Below are positions 1 to 12,967 of a stretch of 64,000 bases of DNA, piece after piece. Each line of letters starts with the position of its first letter. The stretch's first letter is position 1. The notes beneath the pieces are model-generated. The model was not told the origin of the DNA, searched no databases, and worked only from the letters and a program-made list of their open reading frames with translations. The stretch comes from Balanoglossus misakiensis (Eukaryota; Animalia; Hemichordata): the NCBI GenBank assembly GCA_040954595.2, contig CM082584.2, positions 10,324,190-10,388,189 of the forward strand, given 5' to 3'. The position numbers were made by a program, and so were the translations under genes.

Positions 1-1846
1 GCATTAGGCCAGCTCTACAATCATTTTTCGTTCTATTTAGGTGCGCTTTAAACGCCAGAACGTACAGAGTTTTGCCCTTGAAATCCTTCCAAGTTTAAAA
101 AAAACAGCAGCGGGAAACAACAGCGTTTAAATCGAGGTATCAACGCGTCACGTGCCTTGGAGGCGATCAGCTTTTTCTCAAAGGCGTTTGACCCCTTGTT
201 AGTGCTTGCTAATTGCAGCTACTTCAAGGCGTTCGTGATTATACATGAGTGCATGCTTAAATTTCATGACTTCTATTCGTTCCGCTGGTGAATCGGAGGG
301 GGCTTGGAACCGTAAATACTTCCTGCTCTATACTAAAATCATAAGTAGGGTGGTCGAATTTTGGATCAGATTTGATGATTTTAAATATTCAGACCAAACA
401 AAGAAAGTATAACTAAGCTTATATAGGTATGTAGGTTGGTTGCTGGGTAAGTAAGTAGTTAGGTAAGTAAGCATTTGTAAGTAAGTAAGTTGGGGGAGAG
501 GTGCGCCCCGCGGCAGTTTGCGAAATACACATCCCCAGAAACAGAAAACGGCTTCCTGAAAAGGGACATTTTGTCTGGACTGAAATTGCTGGTTTTGCGT
601 AGGCCTATATCAACTGTGATGACAGGCTGAACCATGATACGGGGCGTGTCAACATGCTGTACGGAGTAGAACAAGAAACTGTAGTGTGGTCGTGCAGATA
701 TGGAGTTGCCTGGGCACGAACACGCAGCAGAAATTCGGGAATCGTCGTATATATGAATTTCAGAGCAGTGCGTCAATTTCACCACGTGACACTCCGCGAG
801 CACGTTGCCACGGTGTTTCACGTGCCCGGTCGATGCGTCATAAAAAGTGATACTTCATATTGGGGGGGGGGGGGGGGGAGAGGGAAATTTAGCATTATAA
901 ACATGTTATGGTGTTGACGTTAATATTGAATTGCCGCCATCGATCGAGGGGAGTGAAAAGCTACGCTTTGAGAGAATACATAGATGGAGGTCACTCTTGA
1001 CACCTTGACTCCATTGTTGAACGATGTCATTGTGGTTTGGTCAAACAGCATGTCGCATCTCGCAACAACACGTGACGTTTGACGTTGAGACTCAATAAAA
1101 TGAAGTCTCTTTTTCTACACGGGTCACTTTTCCAGTGGCTCCTCAATTTACACCTGCGAGTCGCTTTTGTAACGCGACACCTATTTGGGTATAGCTTTTG
1201 TCACCGAAGGGGGGAGTATGCAATCCGCGAGAGTGGTGCCGCTAATAGCAGGGCTGAGTCGTATCAGTCTTTGTTGCATGTGCTAATAGCTTTGTTTTCG
1301 GGTGCGCGGGGATCGATGCTGGAAAGTGGGATCAGCGTGGCTTATTTGGAAATGATACACGTTACCGACAAGCGTTTCGCTAAACAACCTTATTGATTAG
1401 AAAGATCGGTGAGAACTTCTCGTGTAAATGGCTCCGAGCATCTTCCGTGTTGTGTTGCAAAAAGAGTGTATTATATCGATTCTCTTTGTGATTGCTTAGT
1501 CTTTGTGTACGCTCCCCGACCAGACGTTTATCTTTAGCTTCCGCTCTCCTCTGCCTAATCTGTTGAGGTATTAATTAGTATTGCCCAGTGTCTAACCCCT
1601 ATCCCATCTCCCCTATCCCCACATCACCATCACTATTGTAGCTATCCTCCTTACGGCATGCAATTTTTCTTAGGTTCGGGTGCAACAAAACTTTGAGTAC
1701 TTAAGATGTATGTATTTGTGTGTGTGTGGAGGGGGGGGGGTATACACCTACGCAAGCATGCATGCATTTAATGTACATGTACATGTATACATACATACAT
1801 GAATGCTTATGCTTACACGTACGCACGGATATGTCGATGTCCATGT

Positions 1847-2031
1847 ATACATACATACATACATACATACATACATACATACATACATACATACATACAT
1901 ACATACATACATACATACATACATACATACATACATACATACATACATACATACATACATACATACATACATACATACATACATACATACATACATACAT
2001 ACATACATACATACACACATACATACATACA
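1847..2031. repeat. (TACA)n / (ATAC)n tetranucleotide microsatellite
   Basis: Near-perfect ATAC tandem run read directly. It generates the YIHT/MYVC pseudo-ORFs at 1701-2163. Confidence 0.98.
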
Positions 2032-2582
2032 GATAGGCATTGCGGTGTTTTCATTTTAAATACGATCAGATTACATCCCTTATTACTGTACATATTCATA
2101 GGTGTTTTTCATTATTTCATTGAGACACAACTTGCCTGTGGCACAGCGTCTACGGTGGCTTGATTTGACACCTCCATTGATTACTGCACCAATAACTGTT
2201 TTGCAGTGGTGTCTGTTACTGACTTCCCACCCCCGTTCCCATTGTACTCCTTTCTTGGTTGTTTCCAAAACACATCCTTGAAAGTGTTGAATGGCAAAGT
2301 TCGCGCTATCCAATACCGACCCCTTCGATTGTCGTTTCTGCCTCTGATATCAGGGTGGTCACAGCTGATCGGAGCTTTCGTGTACGGCGAGCGCCGCTGG
2401 CAAAATCAGTCGGCTCTTCTTGATCTGTGACACCGTCCACTCGTCCGCCGCCCAGACCAACAAAGATGCGTGATGTCACATCATTCTTTGGCGCAAAATA
2501 ATGAGTTTTTGTTTTTCCATAGATTTTTAAAGCTTATACCTAACTGTCTGTCTGTCTGGCTGTCTATATAATACCAGAAATG

Positions 2583-2695
<113 letters not shown>

Positions 2696-5600
2696 GTTTC
2701 AAATAAGAACCATTAAATTCATTATACGTCGTGTATTATAGGCAGCAGATTAATTCAGAGGGTGGTGTAAATGTAGATAGGATGTGAATCGCACAATGCC
2801 GATATGAATACACTCAATAGAGGCAGAACTGTGTTGCAAGGTAAAAAAGGAAAATATACAGATATTCCGAAATCGTCTTATGATTTGACTTATGGTAGAT
2901 AGGTCGTCACGGCTAATTGCCACAAAGATCCCCTTTCATCCACTGGCTGTCTATTCAAAACAAAATTGTATATTTGCATTATCAGCTCATAGTTTCGGTG
3001 ATTTGCCTTTTAAGACGACAGTAAACATCTGCAAGCTGTCTCTAGTGTTCCTGTCCTTCTTTCCTGAGTGCCCTCTCGTTATTTGCAAGACTACTGATGC
3101 ATATACCGTAAGCGTATTTAATTGTATATTTTAGCCTTGTTTTTTTGTGACCAAGCGGGGCCACGGCAGCAAAATGCCTGTTAAGTTTAAACAGATGCCC
3201 CGAGAAAGACTCGGCTGTGTGGGTATTAGTCGGGCTAAGCGCTGGGAATGTTCCCAGCGCCTTAATCCCCCAGTAATAACGCTAATGCAGTGTTGGTTTT
3301 TTGCTAATCTCGCATTCAGAGCTGTAACGGAGGAAAGAATCACTTTTTGCCAATCATTATTCGTCTTGTTGCTATTAAAAGTCGTAAGATGGCCTTTTAT
3401 TTCAGACGACTTCAGTCTGCGCCTCCTGTCTTCGTCATTGTCAGTCGGGTGCCCGGCCCCTCTCCAAATCCCGGACATCCATCGGTGACCCTCTCTAAGA
3501 AGCGTAAAGAAAGCTCCTTCATTAATTTGTTCACCGAATAACTCTTCCCCATTGTGTCTGCGTTCTTTTCCCTGGCGGTATTTTTTTTTTGTCAGTACTC
3601 AACCTAGTAAGCATAGATTCGCATGCATGAGTGTTACTGTAAATGCACAAATTGAATAGGAATTAAACAATCCTGAGCGACGATATAAGGTCTTGGCTGG
3701 GATCGGGTCTTGTGTATCTTCATTATTAACTAATCACTCTCCAGACAATCTTTAAAGGCTAAGCTAGGGATGCGGGCATAAGACATAAACTCGAATTATA
3801 TCTGCCCCCCCCCCCCCCCCTCACTCTCCTTTATTCCCATACGCTGTGATGCTACTATAAGATTCGCGCCAAGTACTGCAAGTAATCAAAACTGTCACGT
3901 GTTTTTCAAACGTACCAGTTTGCTTTAGACTGGTATTTCTCTGGATAAAATGATGCCAGTCTCGATTTTCAACCATAGACAGTATAGAGTCTATGTTTCA
4001 ATATAGAAAACTACAGAGCACAAGACACTTCTCGTGAACATGTAGAACCACTGAAGAAATCCACACATTTTCAATAGGACTGACATTTTTTCATGTCAGA
4101 TGCCTTTTTCGCACCAAGCTGGACCACGTTTTCGTTGAAAGCCATTTCATAGTTTAATCGACACACCAGTGGCCCTGAAAAGAAACAGTAGGCGGGTCAC
4201 TTTGCAATATTTGCATTAATTAGAACCACAGAGCGACATCAGACACGACGTGTCTCTTTTGTTTGTCGCAAAAAAAAAAACAACTCTGAACAAAACTGGG
4301 GAATATCCAGTTCCGCCAGACCTAAGCTTTAACCGCGAGGAAGGTCATCCAATAACTAGCTTAGCAAACTATGCAACACCTGGATTTTGTCATCCGAGAA
4401 TAACTTGAATGCCGACGTACCGTGTGATGTTCCGAATGGTGTGCTTTGCAGATTTGTGAAAAAGAGAAACAAAAACAATTTTCCCATGGTATTTAATTAA
4501 CGCTTACATAGAAGCAGTGCTAAACATCCTCGTGGAGGGCAAACACGAAGAGGTTTCATGGCAACTGAGAAACCATGATATATGCTTGCAGTTAACAGGC
4601 TGACGAAGTCATTGTCAATAACAAAATCACATCAAAGTAATCCCACGTAACGATCGTAAAGGACAAAAGGTCGAGACGCGTGCATTTCCCAAGATCTCGG
4701 CCGTACCATGATTTGTAAAACATCGCTTGGTTTCATTTTAATGATCTTTATCTTATTTTTTGCCCGAAAGACGCAACTTGGTGAGAGAGAAAAATATAGA
4801 GTAACCGTGGCAACAAGCTAATCTCTTCGGTTCCGGAGTATCAGTCGTGGACGCTGTTTGGTTTCGAAGATGATGCGCGCGTCGAGTCGTCGTTGAGCTG
4901 AGGTTGTACAGAGAGATGAGATTCAGCCTACAATGAATAAGTCTTGCACAATACACACTTTTCCCAACAATTTTATTTGAAAGAAAACAGCCACTTTCTC
5001 TGAATGGCAGTGCTGTGGAAATCGTGGACAGGTGCACAGTGGCCCCTCTAATCCTCTTTTCATTAAAATATGACTCCTTTTCACACTTTTCACACCATTT
5101 CTCCGAATGTGTCGTCTGTTGCGCGAGCTTGTTTTGTTGCGAATGCCAACAGTATTAGCGGGAGAAAGATACAACGACGTTGTTTACCTTGTTGATTGTA
5201 GGCCGCCTATTCAGCCCCTTCTGAAAGGCATCGATCAGCTTTTGCCCACCCCATCCATTAACTAATACGCCAAAGTATGCCTAACTGCTAACATCGACTG
5301 CTAATTCCCTGTGTGGCCGTCTAATCCTGTTTACATTTCGGTTCAGTTTTCTTTGTTTTGGTCCAATGTAAATCTTGGGGCTGAAAACTGTTTTGTTGTC
5401 CGCAAGTGAGTGGCGGACAATGGCGTTTATCTGTTTGCGACTCGCTGCTGTACATTTGTTGCCCGCCACTGTTCTTGTGGAACAACAAAACTTCTAAATG
5501 CATAAATCTGTTTGGCGATCAAATACCGCGCATTCTTAGCTCTTATCAAAGGAGTCGTGCACAGTAGCAGCGGTTCGTCCCCACAAATCAAAAACCGATA

Positions 5601-6659
5601 CTCTGTGTGTGCATATTCATACGTCAGAAACGTCAAACACCGGTCTACTGGTTGAAAAAATTGTGATTTACTTTCAGCCTTCGGGTTCGGAACAAAGCCA
5701 ATCTGGGCGCTGAAAAGGCGCGCTCGTGTAATTAGCAGACTATTGTGTCTTCAACTCCTTCATGCAAATGGCCTGATTTTTATCAGCCGCATTAGAATAA
5801 TGGCAGTGCGGCGATATTTTTGAAGCAGTCAAGCTGAGAAATCACGTCACTCTAAAATTGTAGACGCGAAATTCCAAAATGTTGTTTTTTTCTTGGGGAG
5901 AGAAGACGCCGGAATGATAAGACAAATGGTTTAGAAGTTTTAAAGTTAGACGAAGACGTTGCGTCAGAATCATGACTACGGTGTTAGCTGAAAGAGCCAC
6001 TATCTGCCGTGTAACTTCTGGCTATATGTCCGCAATAGTGAAAATGTGTGGAAAATCGGTGGTGTAAAATGCTTTTAAAATGTCTTCATGGCCATGCAAC
6101 AAACATATATCTCTTCCATGAAAATGCAGTGTTGAAACACATGGCAATATCGGTACCGTTTTGAACTTGTTCACAACATGAAATGTTCACACGTGAAACT
6201 AGACGGCAGTGTCTTAACCCTTCAAGTTTAGATTCTATGACAAATTGCGGTACAGGTGTTGGTATGCCACAAAAACATACTGTAGTGCGAAGTCAAGGAA
6301 TGTGGTGGGGTGGGAGAACTTGCGCCAAGCCATGATCATGCGAAGTGCGGCGCTTTTCAACCGTGAATTTGTCCAACGTATTCTGCGGTGTGGAACTGTG
6401 ACATTTAGGCGAATGGTCTTAGTGGTCTTGATATGAACACATAATATGATGTCAAATGGCCGTGGTTTTAGATTGCCTCAGTAATTATCAAGGCAGCAAA
6501 CGATTAGAAAACTATTTACATGGCGATGCAGCCTAGCAGCCGGCTCACAGGGGTCCGCTAAACGGGGGACGTTACATTAACAACAGGCGGTGATATGTGG
6601 CATTAATTTGATAGGCTATGAAAACTAACAGATCCAATTTTGTGTAATTTGTTGTATAG

Positions 6660-6786
6660 GCGTTATTGTCGATGAAGGGGAACCCCAGGAGAGTGATCCT
6701 GCAGGCCGTTCGGGAACTTTACGACCGCCAAGAAACCACGCTATGGAGCAACGGCGAGGAGAAGCTGGCCCGATTTGTTTTCATAG
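6660..6786 (+). CDS. CBWD1: Penultimate coding exon of a COBW-domain zinc-regulated GTPase metallochaperone (CBWD/ZNG1), CobW_C domain
   Basis: Acceptor ttgtatAG ends at 6659, with a branch-point-like ACTAAC at 6624-6629. The donor is G|GTAAAG at 6787. Phase-0 translation is ALLSMKGNPRRVILQAVRELYDRQETTLWSNGEEKLARFVFI(G). From memory, this matches the vertebrate CBWD C-terminal segment [44 protein letters not shown] motif by motif. Upstream exons are not in the window. Confidence 0.88.
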
Positions 6787-9700
6787 GTAAAGCAAACGCT
6801 TTCTCTGTTCAAATAGCACAGACTAACCGCCGGGTCAACCAGTCAATCTCGGGTCAGCGTATTAGTCTGTGTTTACTGGGTTAATCACGGGGAGGGGGGG
6901 GGTTCATCGGGGATAATCAGACGGGGGTCAGTGCAAAGAATGCACCGCCGGTTCGTCGCTAATCCCGCGCTCTACTCATCTCCGGAATTTTCCGATGAAT
7001 TCGCTGAGCGAGTGCTGCTTGTTGCTATAACAACGAGATTTGTACTTTCACAATTGCGTTTTTTTGCGCAGGTTAAACAGTGCGCGCAATGCGTTCATTG
7101 TCGGTTGTCCCGCGCCAATTGTTCATGTGCTGTTATCCCGTTAATCGTTGAGAATTGTGAAATACTTTTTTCCCCCAGAATGTTGAAAAGTTCCACATGT
7201 AGAGCAATGATATATTGCTGAAAGTGAGACCAGTCGGGAAAATACAACAAATTATGTCTTCCTTGTTTTCATTCGCACCGTTTAGACGTAAACAGTGACG
7301 CGATGAATCACTGAGAAGTAGTCAAACATGTTTAAGACACTTCAACTTAAATGTTTGTTCACCGCGAAACGGGATACCCCAGATATATGAGTCATCGGGC
7401 GCGGGGGGGGGGGGAATAATACACACTCTCCCCCGGCGCAGAACTTCGTATTTCCCCGTACGAAAACGACGGGCATCAGTGAGCGATCAGTGAATAAAGA
7501 CGGACCCTTCTCCGTTTGTACAGCCGGTCGTATCACACCTGAACCGATCCTTACAGCGATATAGGGATGCGGTTGTTTTCTTACTCCGGCGGTCCGCTTT
7601 GTCAGTCTGTTTGTTTGTTTTCTTACCTCGACACCCGAGCCGGCAGAGCAGATTTCCTCTTAGCTTATAGAGCATGAGCAGGCCGGACTTAAAATGCATG
7701 CATGCATGGCCCAGGGCATCGTTCGACGGTTGTGGAGTACGAGAGGCAAAGGCATGTGTATTCATCGGGAGATAGAACCCCCCCCTAAAAAGTCCACATA
7801 GACATTCTTCGTTTTTTACAGTTCCTCAATTCCGAAATAATCTTTAAGAGGATATAAGGCATTCATATTTCTCAATTTGCTCCAAATGACTGAGCAGTTT
7901 CTTGTCAGACATTCTGTCCCATTCATTACAGGTTTTACAAGGGCTTAATCTCCCACAATGACTTCTGAATACTGTTTGTGTTCTCGAGCGGGGCCCTCAG
8001 TTGGCAAAGCTCTCCGGTCGTTCGCTCTATTTATCAAAATGAAAAAAAAAGCCCGCTCGGCCATTTTGCCGGGACAAATGATAAGCAAAAAGCCTCCCTC
8101 GGGTAAATTGGACGTGATTGGTTAGTTTGACAAAACACTTGTCGGCAGCCAACCAGACTTAGCCACAGCCCTGACGGCTGTTTAAGGCTAATTAAAGATT
8201 TACTATAATCGTGCACTCACACCCAATGGTGAAGAAAAAAGTGTGCATTTAATTCTTCAATGACTCCTCAAGTGTCTCACGCAGAGTTCCAAGTCATGTG
8301 AATAAAACTGATCAATCCTGGGCTGTTAAATCATTCAACAAATTAAGTACTTAGCACTTAAGTGATAAGTGTCAATATTATCACTTTCCCATAGCCTTGC
8401 TGCGAACTATGTGTTTTTTTCCTCCCCGGACACAGTTCTAGATAACATCTAACCCTTTCCGCCAAACGACCCAGACGATGATCCAAACTGACAAGGACGC
8501 TTATTGGACACTGGTTTGTTATACCTGGAAAAAAATGGCAGGCAAACTAACTTGTTAGCAGTAGGCCGCCGGCGCTGCTCTGGGCTTTTTTGCATTCAGT
8601 TTTCCGTGCCCCTTCATGCTATTGTTTGTGATCTTGGCGCAGACGAGCTGTACATGTCGTGTCGTCGGCGGTTGTCTTCTGTTGACCAGCACGTATCTCT
8701 TCTTCTTCTTTTTTTTTTTTTGGGGGGGGGGGAGTTTTCTGCGGGTGAAGGCGGTATACCCGGAAGTGGGGGATAGCAGATGAAGGAACGCCCCTCTTCA
8801 GCCCCGACCCCCCCCCCACACACACACTTACACACACACATATACACAAACATGTATGCATACACACACACCATTCGCCTTGAGTGCTAGGCCGCATGCA
8901 ACGGCTCTGTCCAGTCGTGGCGGTGCAGAAATCATTGGGGCTTTCATTGGCGCTAAAAAGAGAATAAAAGCAGATGAAAGGGGTTGTATTCCAGTTGAAG
9001 TGGTGCATTCATTATTTGTAACCGATTGACTTCAACAACTCAGGGTGAAGTAAAAAGAATTTTTCCCAAACCTGAAAAGACGGCGTGTAAATAGGGCAAT
9101 AAAGAAAATCCACAGCTTATCTGTGGGGTGGACTATAAAAAGGGGATTAGGTCCAGCCCTGAATGAAGTCGGTAAAGTAAAAAGTGGACATTTACATTGG
9201 AAACAATGCCCAACATTCAGCAAGACAAACTTTTGGCATTCATTCTTGGTCAATAGGGCTTTTAAGTAATTTCCAAGCAAACTTATGATACTAAGAGGCC
9301 TAGTGTACACCCCAGCCCGATCAAATTGTCCAATTGATAATGCTAAATACGGCAATTACGGCCTGGCTACCGTGTGCTTTGACCGTTTCGGACATGCACG
9401 GGTTTGTTTGGGAGGGGGAGGGGGTTGCGCTCACTTTTTATGTAGGGGAAGTTGACGACAGGGCCCGTGGAATGAGGTAGCGTCGGGTACGAATGAGTTT
9501 ATCAAAGGAGTGAAACGGGGAAAAGCGAGTGAAGAAAGTCGGGTCGAGTTTCGGCGCTTTTGAACGTGTTTTCTGAATGAGATGAGCCATTGACGGCAGC
9601 TGTCACTTGCCTCCAATAGTATTGTTGCAAATGGATTGGGTTAATACCTTGCTTTTTAAAGGTGTTTGCTCAAAGCCTTTGAGTGCGTGCCTTTGGTGGC

Positions 9701-10915
9701 TAAACATTTACCCTCAATTCCCACCTACGGAGGACACAGCAGTCTCTCGGCTGTGAACAGCTATATCTGGCGTGCACGCGGGGCGTATCACGGCGAAGGA
9801 TATACACTGTATATACTTTCACTTTTTTTTGAAGTGTACATATAAGCCCGATCTGGTTTCACAATGGGGCGAAAATCCGTGCAAACACATAGGGGGAAAA
9901 GGTAGCACGTCCATCAATAGGCTAAAACAACTTGCTGTGATAAAGATCTGTGCTATGCCTAAACACTTTCAATTATTCACCTTGCCGCAACTGACCAGGT
10001 ATATACATCATCAGTGTGGATTTGCTGTCTGTGCGCCGGTCGCATACTCTTTATATTCATACGCACCCCTTTTTTTCTGTGGACTTCATAACACGGCCTT
10101 CGTCTGCGCCGGCCCGGGCCTTTGTGGTAGTGGCATGAAAATGACGAGTGAATCGCGCCACTGTGGCCATGTTGAAGTACCCCGCGGCGGCTGTTTTTGT
10201 TTAGAGCAATTTGTTCCCATTTGTCTGGTTGACTAACAACAATTACATGCCGAGTGAGCTGTATCGACTTTGCTCGATATTGCCCTCCAAATTGCACTCG
10301 ACACTATACATCATCTGACAAGTTGTGTGTTTGTTTGTACGAAAATAAAACTTCTGGAAACAGAACGAGTTTCTCAATTATATTATAATTAATTAGTCAG
10401 TAACCATTCGATAATGATCCGATAACAGGATTTCTCGGCTAAAACCCTGCATGACGTTTTATTGCTGACGCACCATCCTCATCCTTGCAAACAACGAGCC
10501 ACTAGTCAAACTTGCCATTTTAAAAAGTGATTCATGTAATAAATCTGTTGCCTATGGTTACGGGCGTGGGCGAAGTTTGCAATCTTGAGGAATAGTTTCT
10601 CTGTAACATATACATACATACATGGTACTCGCACTTTTGATTTCCCTGTCAGTGGAATGAAAAAGAAGAAAAAGAACAAAAATGTGGTCACTAACCGTAA
10701 CTCTACCATAGATGTGATAACCTAGAAACACACTCACTTTGTGTAAATATATACAATTCAACGTTTATCATGTCACAAATCCGTGATTGACCTTTAATCC
10801 AGTATCCCACACCACGGCCTGTCGGCCAGTGAGCTACCGTCGTGCGACAAAAGGCCACGTATGGCTCGTTGCAAATCTCGCTTAAATGTCTTTTATTTGT
10901 TTATTGTATTTGTAG
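6787..10915 (+). other. Last intron of CBWD/ZNG1 (phase 1, ~4.1 kb)
   Basis: GTAAAG donor at 6787. The acceptor is a T-rich tract ttttatttgtttattgtatttgtAG ending at 10915. Splicing restores the reading frame F-I-G-K-H-L. Confidence 0.8.
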
Positions 10916-10974
10916 GCAAACACCTGGAAGAGACGGTCCTCAAAGATATACTCGGCAGTTTGCTTTGTTCGTAG
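10916..10974 (+). CDS. CBWD1: Terminal coding exon of CBWD/ZNG1
   Basis: After a strong acceptor, phase-1 translation is (G)KHLEETVLKDILGSLLCS-stop, with TAG at 10972-10974. This is equivalent to the CobW_C terminal G-R-N-L-D-x-x-x-L-K helix. The phase is compatible with the 6660-6786 exon. Confidence 0.82.
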
Positions 10975-11441
10975 GGACACACATAGAGGGTGGGGTGGGG
11001 GGGGGGAGAAACACAGAGGGTCAGTAACTCTGTCGCCGCATGTCGATACGATGATTCGGGTTCGTTACGCTTTCCAACCCGGATTCCTTCACTCGAGTAT
11101 ATGCCCGACTATGACTTATTGCCCGTCAAGGCGTTGCTTCACGATTGATTGTGACAAGTTCACTGTTAAAATACTTACGGAAGGTGAACATTGGCAACCT
11201 GTACACGTAATTCACGGCTCGAAATACACCAGTGATGCAAGATATGTGGCATGTTGTCAGAACAGTGTATCTAAACTGCCCTTTTATCGTCACCCGTTGT
11301 GTATACGAGTTTTAGCCCACGGGCTCTTTCTAAAACTGGTACACGCTTTCACCTTGCTCGAGACACGATATTTTTTTTAAAGTATGGCAACCGATTAATC
11401 TGATATAACGCGTAATGATTAGTTAAGAAGGTGGTATGTCC

Positions 11442-11447
11442 AATAAA
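11442..11447 (+). terminator. Candidate polyadenylation signal of CBWD/ZNG1
   Basis: First AATAAA seen after the stop codon, followed by a GT/T-rich tract (ttgtttttgttttg, from 11461) resembling a downstream element. Confidence 0.5.
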
Positions 11448-12199
11448 CATAAAAAAGCGCTTGTTTTTGTTTTGCCTCGAGTGAATGTGTGCGAGCTCGA
11501 TGACAGGTTTAGACTCAAGGAAATGACGTAGGCTCATGATTTCCGTGTCGTTTGACGTTCGTCAGCATTTGGTGTAAAATTGACGTATGTGTGGGGCAGG
11601 TGTGTGACTTTTTTTAATCGACCGTAACAATTACGAGTTATTCGCTCTCGCCAACTATTTATTGGCAATGACTTTGAATGGACCACAAATTTGCAAACGA
11701 TTATAAAAAATATCAGAAATAAGAATACTGTTGGGTTTTATGACTTTAGTCAGGTTGGCTGATAATTCATGGGAATACATTTTAGCGCTGGATGTGAACA
11801 CAATAACACGTCAAGTCTGTTCTAATTTATAGCGCAAACATTGCTGCCATTTGCCATGCGGCATTCGCCTTGCTTTATGTCCGTTGGTCTCCAACGAGTT
11901 GCGTGTTTACCCAAGCGAGTTTGGGGGATAGCCTTGCGATTCATCGAACGTCGTGGTCAGGGTAGTGTACATGTACTGCAATGTGACTTCGGGCCGTTGC
12001 CGCGTGACTTTCTTCCTGTGACAATCTGTGCGTCATCCTTGTTTTTTGGGGGGTACAGCGTTGGTGGCACTTTTTGGATTCATCGGCGTTGCAGACGTAG
12101 TTTGTACGCGCAGTAGCATCCCGGAAAGCTGAGTACGTAAGTAGTCGCCATCGCTTCCGAGGAAGAAAAACTGTCGTTTGTATAAGTGAAAATTTCACA

Positions 12200-12760
12200 G
12201 TCAGCGCACCAATCACATTTCTGGATGTGGTTTGTTTGGTAAACCAATAGCAACTCGGAGTGATTGATGTAGCTTTCGGTGATAGAGGGCGCGCTCGTGG
12301 GTGTCCCTGTTAGGAAAGCTCTCTGGTGTGTGTTGTTGGGGTAATGCGGCCCACAGAGATCTCCTATCAGTCCTCTACTGGGTCTGTAGTGTTGGCGGAT
12401 TACATGCGAAAAGTAAAGTGGCGGGGAAATTGAGACGGCAGCGCGGACCAATCGGCACAACACTTCTTATCGTCTCACGCAGGTAGCGTAGCAAAGTTTA
12501 CGTACACGTTGTTTGCAGAGCAAATCACCTAATTATCAAGGTGGGCGTACCTCTACCTTCATAAAGTCCATTGATATGGAAATTACCGACACAGAAACCT
12601 CGCCAATCACGTGACCTCCCAGTCAGCTCATAGAGCGAGAAGTTGGACAGAAGGTGGCTCACTCAGAGTTACAGAGTATTCCCGGTAGGTGGCCCGTCAG
12701 TTGGCGTTCCATAGGCATATAACAGTGAACCAGAATAAGTACGACCGCTCGCTGTGCCCG
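12200..12760 (+). promoter_or_regulatory. Probable FoxD proximal promoter
   Basis: CCAAT boxes at 12209, 12244, 12448 and 12603. An E-box TCACGTGAC at 12607-12615 overlaps the last CCAAT. TATA-like CATATAA at 12716-12722. The region lies directly upstream of the FoxD ORF. The TSS is not determinable from sequence. Confidence 0.5.
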
Positions 12761-12967
12761 TACTACTGTCAACACCCCCGTGGCTTTTGCGACAGTTCGT
12801 TCTGCTCTCAGCTGATCAGCAACCAGGGGACAGACAGCTCTCTGCAATATCCACCGAAACTTTTTGGCGAGTTTGTTTTTCTCCTCCTTCTGGGAGACCC
12901 ACGGTTGATCTTGGCGTGGTAGCTCCAGCTATAGTGTGATCTGTCTGCAGAGCGCCGCAGTAAACAC

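Noticed and set aside
595-660. miRNA-like 5' matches: TTGCGTAGGC (miR-242-like) here, TGGCAGTGTGG (miR-34-like) at ~61222 and TACCCTGTA (miR-10-like) at ~53642
   Set aside because: Only 9-12 nt match, and no complementary arm forms a pre-miRNA hairpin.
862-878. Long G/C homopolymers here and at ~3805, ~8722 and ~37138 as possible G-quadruplexes
   Set aside because: Simple mononucleotide runs scattered through the window, with no pattern suggesting function. Their lengths may be unreliable.
1701-2163. Six overlapping ORFs with YIHT/MYVC repeats
   Set aside because: Translations of the (TACA)n microsatellite. The same applies to the SIYL ORFs at 2481-2702 and 51506-51709.
6787-6884. 3' part of ORF 6666-6884 (KANAFSVQ...)
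   Set aside because: Read-through into the intron. CBWD similarity stops exactly at the GTAAAG donor.
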